A stretch of 64,000 nt of DNA from the human T2T-CHM13v2.0 reference genome, Homo sapiens. Each line of letters starts with the position of its first letter. The first letter of the stretch is position 1. The stretch lies in assembly GCF_009914755.1 (NCBI RefSeq), contig NC_060947.1; one strand, given 5' to 3'. The translations under genes were made by a program, and so were the position numbers. The notes beneath the pieces were generated by a model. It was not told the origin of the DNA and made no database searches. It saw only the letters and a list, made by a program, of their open reading frames with translations. Below are positions 50,581-64,000 of this stretch, one piece after another.

Positions 50581-52210
50581 AGAAATCCCAGGAAACAGAA
50601 GTGAACCTCAGTTTCTTCATGTACAATGTATGATTTATGATCCAAAGTCCCTTCCCCTCTCATATAGTCTTAAGATTCTCTGATTCTGTAATAGATGAAA
50701 AATATGTCATGAATGAAGTACATTTAAGATGTTCCAATAGATGATACTTCCATCTTGTGGGAAAGAAAGATTGAGGAACCCTTCAAATGATGGCCTGCAG
50801 ATGTGGTAAAACTACAAGAGAACCAGAATTCGAAGTGGAGCCTGAAGATGTGACTGAATTGCTGCAATCTCATAAAACTTTAACGCATGAAGAGTTGCTT
50901 CTTATGGATAAGCAAATAAAGTGGTTTCTTGAGATGGAATATATTCCTGTTGAAGAGGCTGTGAAACATTGTTGAAATGACACTAACAGATTTAGCATAT
51001 TACATAAACTTAGTTGATAAAACAGTGGCAGGGTTTGAGAAGATTGATTCCAAAACTGAAAGAAGTTTTACTGCAGGTAAAATGTTATCAAACAGCATCT
51101 CATGCTACAGAGAAATCTTTTATGAAAGGAAGAGTCAATCGATGTGGCAAACTTAATTGTTGTCTTATTTTAAGAAATTGCCGGGGGTGGAGCCAAGATG
51201 GCCGAATAGGAACAGCTCCAGTCTACAGCTCCCAATGTGAGTGATGCAGAAGATGGGTGATTTCTGCATTTCCATCTGAGGTACCGGGTTGATCTCACTA
51301 AGGAGTGCCAGACAGTGGGAGCAGAACAGTGGGTGCAGCGTACCATGTGCGAGCCGAAGCAGGGCGAGGCATTGCCTCACTCGGACAGCGCAAGGGGTCA
51401 GGGAGTTCCCTTTCCTAGTCAAAGAAAGGGGTGACAGATGGCACCTGGAAAATCGGGTCACTCCCACCCTAATACTGCGCTTTTCAACAGGCTTAAAAAA
51501 TGGCACACCAGGAGATTATATCCCGCACATGGCTCAGAGGGTCCTACGCCCACAGAGTCTTGCTGATTGCTAGCACAGCCATTTGAGATCAAACTGCAAG
51601 GTGGCAGTGAGGCTGGGGGAGGGGCGCCTGCCATTGCCCAGGCTTGATTAGGTAAACAAAGCAGCCGGGAAGCTCGAACTGGGTGGAGCCCACCACAGCT
51701 CAAGGAGGCCTTCCTGCCTCTGTAGGCTCCACCTCTGGGGGCAGGGCACAGACAAACAAAAAGACAGCAGTAACCTCTGCAGACTTAAATGTCCCTGTCT
51801 GACAGCTTTGAAGAGAGTAGTGGTTCTCCCAGCACGCAGCTGGAGATCTGAGAACGAGCAGACTGCCTCCTCAAGTGGGTCCCTGACACCTGACAAGCCT
51901 AACTGGGAGGCACCCCCCAGTAGGGACAGACTGACACCTCACACGGCCGGGTACTCTTCTGAGACAAAACTTCCAGAGGAACAATCAGGCAGCAGCATTT
52001 GCGGTTCACCAATATCCGCTGTTCTACAGCCACCGCTGCTGATACCCAGGCAAATAGGGTCTGGAGTGGACCTCTAGCAAACTCCAACAGAGCTGCAGCT
52101 GAGGGACCTGTCTGTTAGAAGGAAAACTAACAAACAGAAAGGACATCCACACCAAAAACACATCTATACGTCAACATCATCAAAGACCAAAAGAAGATAA
52201 AACCACAAAG

Positions 52211-53227
52211 ATGGGGAAAAAACAGAGGAGAAAAACTGGAAACTCTAAAAACCAGAGCACCTCTCCTCCTCCAAAGGAACGCAGCTCCTCACCAGCAATG
52301 GAACAAAGCTGGACGGAGAATGACTTTGACGAGTTGAGAGAGGAAGGCTTCAGACGATCAAACTACTCCGAGCTACAGGAGGAAATTCAAACCAATAGCA
52401 AAGAAGTTAAGAACTTTGAAAAAAAATTAGACGAATGGATACCTAGAATAACCAATGCAGAGAAGTCCTTAAAAGAGCTGATGGAGCTGAAAGCCAAGGC
52501 TCGAGAACTACGTGAAGAATGCAGAAGCCTCAGGAGCTGATGCGATCAACTGGAAGAAAGGGTATCAGTGATGGAAGACGAAATGAATGAAATGAAGCGA
52601 GAAGGGAAGGTTAGAGAAAAAAGAATAGAAAGAAATGAACAAAGCCTCCAAGAAATATGGGACTATGTGAAAAGACCAAATCTACGTCTGATTGGTATAC
52701 CTGAAAGTAACAGGGAGAATGGAACCAAGTTGGAAAACACTCTTCAGGATATTATCCAGGAGAGTTTCCCCAATCTAGCAAGGCAGGCCAACATTCAGAT
52801 TCAGGAAATACAGAGAACGCCACAAAGATACTCCTCGAGAAGAGCAACTCCAAGGCACATAATTGTCAGATTCACCAAAGTTGAAATGAAGGAAAAAATG
52901 TTAAGGGCAGCGAGAGAGAAAGGTGGGGTTACCCACAAAGGGAAGCTCATCAGACTAACAGCGGATCTCTTGGCAGAAACTCTACAAGCCAGAAGAGAGT
53001 GGGGGCCAATATTCAACACCCTTAAAGAAAAGAATTTTCAACCCAGAATTTCATATCCAGCCAAACTAAGCTTCATAAGTGAAGGAGAAATAAAATACTT
53101 TACAGACAAGCAAATGCTGAGAGATTTTGTCACCACCAGGCCTGCCCTAAAAGAGCTCCTGAAGGAAGCACTAAACATGGAAAGGAACAACCGGTACCAG
53201 CCACTGCAAAAACATGCTAAAATGTAA
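52211..53227 (+). pseudogene. L1 ORF1p, full 338 codons with one premature stop (TGA 52538-52540, codon 110)
   Basis: MGKKQRRKTGNSK...ECRSLRS* then in-frame continuation to ...YQPLQKHAKM. Confidence 0.92.
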
Positions 53228-53290
53228 AGACCATCAAGGCTAGGAAGAAACTGCATCAACTAACGAGCAAAATAACCCGCTAACATCAAA

Positions 53291-57115
<3,825 letters not shown>

Positions 57116-59119
57116 CAATGAGAACACGTGGACACAGGAAGGGAAACATCACACTCTGGGGACTGTTGTGGGGTGGGGGGAGGGGGGAGGGATAGCATTT
57201 GGAGATATACCTAATGCTAAATGATGAGTTAATGGGTGCAACACACCAACATGGCACATGTATACATATGTAACAAACCTGCACATTGCGCACATGTACC
57301 CTAAAACTTAAAGTATAATAAAATAAAATAAAATAAAATAAAATAAAATAAAATAAAATAAAATAAAAACAACAAAAAAAATAAATAAATAACAAAACAA
57401 AACAAAAAAAATTGCCACAGCCACTTCAACCTTCAGCAACCCCCACCCTTATCAGTCAGCCTGATCAGTCAGCAGTCATCAACATTGTGGCAGGACCCTC
57501 CACCAGCAAAAAGATTATGACTTGCTGAAAACTCAGATAATCGTTAACATTTTTTAGCAATACAGTATTTTAAAATTAAGGTTTGTATATTGTTTTTTAA
57601 CATAATGTTATTGCATACTTAATAGGCTATAGTATAGTGTAAACATAAATTTTATATGCATTGGGAGATGAAAATATTTGACTTGCAACATTCACTTTAT
57701 TGCAGTGGTCTAGAACTGAACCCTCAATACCTCCGAGGTATGCTTGTATAAACATTTGACCATCCTTCTGTTTCAGGGCAGGACTTTGTTAAATGAGTTC
57801 CAAATTTTACCTGCTATTTTTTTCCAATTATAAAAATACATGGAGGATATCAGTGTCTATAGCATTGCTAGCACTAAATGAAATTGTAAAGATCAGTGTT
57901 AGCTGAAGTTATTGGGTGGTGGTTAGGAAAGGTATATGGAAGAGGTAGAACTTGAGCTGATTTTTAAAGGCTGGGTAGGATATAGATAGACAGATGTAGG
58001 AGCTAGGAGAAAACTTTTATTATATGTGGGGTAGGGGTGGAAGTCAGGGGTGAGAATTGGTACTGTTTTGGATAGGGCAATATTTAGAAAGAGAGGGAAG
58101 AATGTAGGAGTAAGTAAGCTGGGCCTACTTGTTGGAGGGTGATGAACATCTGGTTGAGAAGCTGTGACTTGATCTTATAGGCATTGAAGAGACACTCTAG
58201 GTTCTTAAAGAAGTGATCAAGAAAGCTGTATGTTATATGGTGACTCCTATGGCTGTGTCAATGGTGAACCAGAGTAGGGGAGAATGGGACTGTGTCATAC
58301 GTTTATAGATTCTATCTAGAATGGTGGCAGTCTGAATGGAGAAGACGAGAATTTTAGAGTTATTTCAAAGGAAGATAAAACAAGCCTTGTTAGTGAATAA
58401 ACTCTAGAGAATGAGGCATAGGAGGAACCTTCAAATAATATCCAAGTTTAAGCCCTGGTGACTGGAGGAGTTACAGTGCTGCTATCTGTGTGACTGAGAA
58501 AGGCCATTCATTAAGGCTGATGACTAGGGCCCTGATATTTCCAGGAGAATCTGAGTTCCTGTCAAATAGATTCTATTTCTTCATGACTTCTATTATTCTT
58601 CAAAGATGCTTAATTTGCTTTTTTGGTTTTCATTTGGCAGTAACTTTTAACGTTTTAACTTTGTTTCTCGGCCCCAGAGAGTTCTGCCAAATAATGATCT
58701 TAAATGCTTAAATGCACTCAAGAAGTTCTGCTGAGTACTCCCTTATACTGCAATCACCTTCAGTGCGATTATCTTATAAATTTCTCATTTTGCATATCGG
58801 GTGCTCTAAAACCAGGTCAAGCTTATTGTTACTCAGAGAGTTTTACTTTTGTACAAGGTCATGTTTCCTGCAAAGTGGTTAATTCTGCACATTCCTGCCT
58901 GCCCCCACATAAAACATTAAGACTTAAAATGTTACAATAGAACAGCTTCAAAATGAAAGAGAAAAACTTATCAGGGAACATTTCTGAAAGCAATGGTATG
59001 TACCTCTATTTGTAAATTGGTGCAGTTTAAAAATAGTGTCCTGGGAATTAGGAGACGTGGATTGTAGTCCCAGCTCTGCCACTAACTTGAAGCGTGAACT
59101 CAGGCAAGTCACATTACCG

Positions 59120-59421
59120 TTTTTTTTTTTTTTGACAGAGCCTTGCTCTGTCGCCCAGGCTGGAGTGCAGTGGCGCGATCTCGGCTCACTGCAAGCTCCG
59201 CCTCCTGGGTTCACACCATTCTCCTGCCTCAGCCTCCCCAGCTCCCGATTAGCTGGGACTACAGGCGCCCACCACCACGCCTGGCTAATTTTTTTGTATT
59301 TTTAGTAGAGACGGGGTTTCACCGTGTTAGCCAGGATGGTCTCGATCTCCTGACCTCGTGATCCGCCCGCCTCGGCCTCCCAAAGTGCTGGGATTACAGG
59401 CGTGAGTCACCGCGCCCGGCC
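59120..59421 (-). mobile_element. AluY SINE inserted in a MIR
   Basis: CpG-rich antisense AluY (ctgcaagctccgcctcc, caccgtgttagccaggatggtctcgatctcc); TSD acattaccg. Confidence 0.93.
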
Positions 59422-61967
59422 ACATTACCGCTTCTTTATGTCTTCATTTCCTTTTCTGAAAAATGAGGGCGATAGACAAGGTGATTGTTATCGATGTCAG
59501 CCCTAACATCAATTATTTATTAACACGATAAAAGTTTGCAAAGTATTACCAACAATTATGGTACTTAGAGACTATTGGGTTAGATACAGCACCAAAGGAG
59601 GGCACATTTATCAGTTAGCTATTTGTTTATACTATGAAGACAGGCAAACAGGATGATTCAGACTAAAAGAAATGAAGTTTGAGATTCAGTTATCAGTTTA
59701 GGCTGTTTTATAGATGAAATAAACTAGATAATCCAGATAGAATCTCAATTCCTTTTGACACTGGGGCGGGGGCAATCCAAGTTTGGATTGTAAACCTGTA
59801 CTCAGAAGGTAGTACATCTCAACTCAGAGATGGAGTTGCTCTGATATCTTGAGGTCTGTGACTGTAGCCTCTTGAGTGCTGTTTCCCAGAAATAACAGTC
59901 ATACTGCTCAAAGGCATCTTAATGAATCCTGATCATTGTGATTTCCATCTTAAGGGAAACCAGCCCAAGATCTTTCCTCTAATAGAAACTCTGAGGAGTA
60001 TGTTGTTATAAGAGGTTTTCTTCCCTTGTGTCCCTTCCAAAAATTAAGACTATTCCCAGGGTCTCTCTATTGCCTGTTAATGATTGCTTATGATTCTATC
60101 ATTCATAACTTAACCTCAGTACTTCAGAAATCTGGAGGAAAGATCACCTGGAAGTCAGGATGCTCTCTATGGGCCCTATAAAATATTGCTGTAAGTTTAA
60201 TTTAATTTCTTTAAGCATTTAATCTAGTTCTTCGATATGTGCTGAGCCCCCATGTAAATAAAGGAGCACACTAACACATATAATAGCTCTGCTCAACACG
60301 TTTTTCATCTCCTGACTCAATTCAATCCTCCTTCTCTCATGCTATCTATTCTCCCAGATACCCATCGCATCTACCTTCCTCTATGGATTAAATACTGATA
60401 TGAAATGCGTCCTTCTTGGCTGCAAACTTTGGCTGCCTTTCAGTGTTCTGCCTCTCCCACTGCCTCAGGTTACAATTACCCTGTCTTGCATCTCTTGCCC
60501 TTCTGCCACCATGTTCCTTTTAAGCTCCAGAGATGATTCTTTCCTTGGGCCCTTTACCAAGTTGGACCGTGCTTACAATCCTTTTTAGTGACAGAGACCT
60601 TCCCCACTTTAGATTTCTTCTTGCCTTAGAAAAATTCAGAAATCTGAAGACGGTATTCATATTCCAACAGCTGTGTAGATGGGGACAAGTCAATTCTGCT
60701 CATTTCCTTCTAGAGTTTTGCAGGCTAAATTACTATTAATAGACTCCACGCATAGTAGGCATTGAGAGGTTGCCTAGGGTTTGGGGTTAGGAAGTAGGAA
60801 GAAAACTTTACTACGTGAGTATGAGGCACAAGAGAGAGCGATACAAAATTTTTACAGGGGCAAAGGTCAGCATTGTTCTGCCCCTGGGAACTCAGTGTAG
60901 CTGACTGGGAATTTGCACTGCGTGCTTGGTGCGTGGGTCTAACAGCTTTGTACAGGAATTGCTGATTGTGGTTAGAGGAGCTTGGTCTGGCTTGTGGCAC
61001 CCTCCTTCTTCAAAGGTTGTATACATTCTACATATTTATGAATGGGCTGCCAAATATCACCCATTTCTAATTTAATTTTTAAATCTTGAGAAAAAATATT
61101 ATCTTGAACTCATCAAAAGTGACAATTTCCTCACAAACCCCCTTGTCTTTAGAAAATTATTCTTCCTCATTTTTCTCTTGTTTCTCATTATGGGCTTCCT
61201 TTTCTTACATAAACTGCTGAACATTTCTAGCTTTTTAATATTTTGGCATGGCTACTGTTGTAAAGATATTTTAAACTTTTGAGGTTTATAGATGGACTTC
61301 TTATCTTTTTCTTCTTTCAATTTTTCCTCCAACATTAGAATGTTCTCCTGGAGATGAGCAAGACAAAATGGTTAGCAGCTCATGTGACCTTCACTGCTAG
61401 TGGGTAGTCAGGCCAAGATAGGAGGAGGCACCAGCTATTTTCTTAGTATGTAAAAACTCAGTCCTATATATGGATATATTGGGACTGACTTTCTGAAAGT
61501 CAATTAAAAAGACACTTTTAAATTGGAGTATTGCTACTTTCCCTTTTTAATTTCCCTCCTACATCTATTTCCACTGCCTCTGCCAAGCACAGAGCCTAGG
61601 AGCTAATGACACAAGGCCTTGTTCTTACTTAGCTATGTACCATCCATAAAGGTATTAGCCGATTAAAAGGCTTAAAGTATTACTGCTCACAGGAAATACC
61701 TTGCCATTTTAATAGAGGATTCTTAGAAATTGAAAAGACTTCAAGATCTTTAGTAATGAATTTTTAATGGTGGAATTCTGAGAATAATATTTTTCCTCTG
61801 GAGAGAAAAAAGTGGTGAAACGCTTGCTTTTTATATTTGTTAGGGTAGCTTAATGCCCTTGGTGAGCAGGGAGCATGCACACATATCCCTAGGTGGATGA
61901 ATTCTTCTCCTTGCATACTGGCTTATAGTGATGTTTCCACAGTGATTCTAATCTCTAGAGACAGAAG

Positions 61968-62385
61968 CAGTAGTGTACTACAGATGGCTCATACTATCTC
62001 ACAAGAACAGATTGTTAAATTTTCAGAAACTTTGTAAGCTGTTTTTAAATAGTTATTAAAAATTAAATTATTTCAACTTACAATTAAACAAATTACATTA
62101 GAAACAAAGTAATAATGAAAACAAAGTAATTTCCTATTTATTTTACTTCATTTACAGGAGAATCTATGCTCCTGAGGTTATTTATATCTATTGTATTACA
62201 TATGTTGTAGAAATATTACATATGTTGTTAACTTGAAATTGGCCATAGCGGGAGTATATATACAATATAAGTTGGCAAATGCTATAAATCAGTGCTAGAT
62301 TTACTGTTCTGTCGACAGTTTAGAATTAAAGAAGTGATGAGGAAAATATTAATAATGCATATTAAACTTAAAAGTGTGTCATGGA
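61968..62385. mobile_element. MER63-like (hAT-Blackjack) element
   Basis: cagtagtgtac...ggctcatac...gattgttaaattttcagaaacttt...cttgaaattggccatagcgggagtat. Confidence 0.55.
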
Positions 62386-63765
62386 GGGGATTTATACTTC
62401 TGGCTAAAATAGAGTAACAGGGACTAAATTTAATCTCCTACTTGAAACAACCAAAAAATAAAATAAAACATATTATATGGTGATTTTCAGGACACAGGGC
62501 ACTAGCCAATGAAAAGCAGTGGTCTCTGAGTGATGGGAAACAAGGTAGAAGGGTTCTATAATTTTCTAAGCTTGCTACCTTGAGAGAGTTTCCAGGTCAT
62601 GGTTCAGGGAGAGGGAACTGAAGCAGAGCCTGGTGGACTTCTGGTGAAGGTAGCTAGAGATCACAGGAGAGGGTAATGGATAAGAGATAGTTGTACAGAG
62701 AAAGTACCCCAAATATCTGCACAGGGTCTTCCATAGGTATTAAGGAGAACATTAATCTGTTCCCCCATAAAAGCAATGAGAACACTAGGAAAAAAAAAAT
62801 GACTTTTCAGAACTCTGGAAATTAACCAAACACTTGCAACAATCTAAGAAGCATTTATTCAAGAAAAACAGTTAAATCTTTATTGGAACAGATAGCACTG
62901 TGGCATTTTTACTTGCTGTAGTCTGATAATCCACTCTCCTGCTTGATGGTAGCTTTGAAAACGTGCAACTTCAGAAATACAGCAACTGGAAAATTCAGCA
63001 GGCTAGTAACCACTGGAGAAGACAGAATGGGTTTGGAGCTCCCCAAAGACCCATCACCAGAGAGCTGTGACTATATGAGCTGTCTGGAAAATCCCGGGAA
63101 AAGCTTGTCTTTATTTTGACCTTACTCCAGGGCTTTGTCAGTGAGGAAAACCCTATCCGTAGACTGTCTGTACCCACAAAAATTGTTTTTAAAATAATTT
63201 ACAAAATCCATGGCAATTGTTTAACACTATAGTTCCCTGAGGAAATAATACTAGTTGGAGCAAAATAGAGGATGACAAAAAACTTAAAAGGAAAATATCG
63301 GGAATGAGATGTTTACAGGGAGCTTTAAAGAGCTCTGAAATTTTCCTGGGATTCTGAAGGGTGGGGGACAAATGTATGGCTGTGTCTATGCCCAGAAAGC
63401 ACCTGAGAAGGCCCTAATCACTCATGTAAGAGTGACCTTGATGCTCTGCACAAACAAGAAATGAAGATTAAGGCAGAATTATTAACTGCTTGCCAGGGAA
63501 TTGAGGGTTGCTCCACGTCAGCAAAAGGTGGGAGAATTATTAGTTCAAGGCATTTAAATAAATCTCTGTCCAATCACTGGCGACTAAGATAATTGAGCAG
63601 AGACTTGAGTGACTGTATACAATAAAGAACACAAACTTTTTAAAATTAGTCCGGGAAATTCACTAAATAGAAAAAAAAAAAACAGCAGCAACAACAAAAT
63701 AACAAACAGCAATAGCAATAAACCCTGGAAGGAGGACTAATATGATTTCCATAGGTGCCATATTA
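62386..63765 (+). mobile_element. Old L1M 5'-region fragments
   Basis: acttctggctaaaatagagtaacagggac...ttttcagaactctggaaattaaccaa...gaaagcacctgagaaggccctaa; degenerate, boundaries approximate. Confidence 0.5.
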
Positions 63766-63771
63766 TATAAT

Positions 63772-63939
63772 TATTATTATATATTATTACTTTAAGTTCT
63801 AGGGTACATGTGCACAACGTGCAGGTCTGTTACACAGGTATACATGTGCCATGTTGGTTTGCTGCACCCATCAACTCGTCATTTACATTAAGTATTTCTC
63901 CTAATGCTATCCCTCCCCCAGCCCCACACCCCCCGACAG
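63772..63939 (-). mobile_element. Short L1PA 3' end (L1PA7-like)
   Basis: tactttaagttctagggtacatgtgcacaacgtgcagg...ctcctaatgctatccctcccccagcccc. Confidence 0.85.
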
Positions 63940-63959
63940 ACTAAAAAGATCATGTTACA

Positions 63960-64000
63960 GCCGGGCGTGGGGGCTCACGCCTGTAATCCCAGCATTTTGG
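63960..64000 (+). mobile_element. Alu 5' end (truncated by window edge)
   Basis: gccgggcgtgggggctcacgcctgtaatcccagca. Confidence 0.85.

Overview
Primate (most likely human) X-linked genomic DNA inside the TRPC5 gene, transcribed on the minus strand. The first two coding exons are present: 40387-40785 (21 nt of 5'UTR plus codons 1-126) and 638-1159 (codons 127-300), separated by a ~39.2 kb intron. The rest of the window is intronic and rich in repeats: about a dozen Alus, a full-length L1PA4-like element inserted in Tigger1, stacked L1s, solo LTRs (LTR12F-like, MER39-like, MER31/34-like, MLT1C), hAT MITEs, MIR and L2. I found no convincing new multi-gene system. The most notable observations are: a degraded FAU (Fubi-eS30) processed pseudogene; a full-length L1 whose antisense promoter points at the ATG-containing TRPC5 exon; two inverted L1s flanking that exon that share apparently non-consensus variants; an out-of-frame upstream ORF overlapping the TRPC5 start; and a tiny L1 insertion with a templated fold-back at its 5' junction. 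Repeat subfamily names are from recalled consensus sequences and were not computed.
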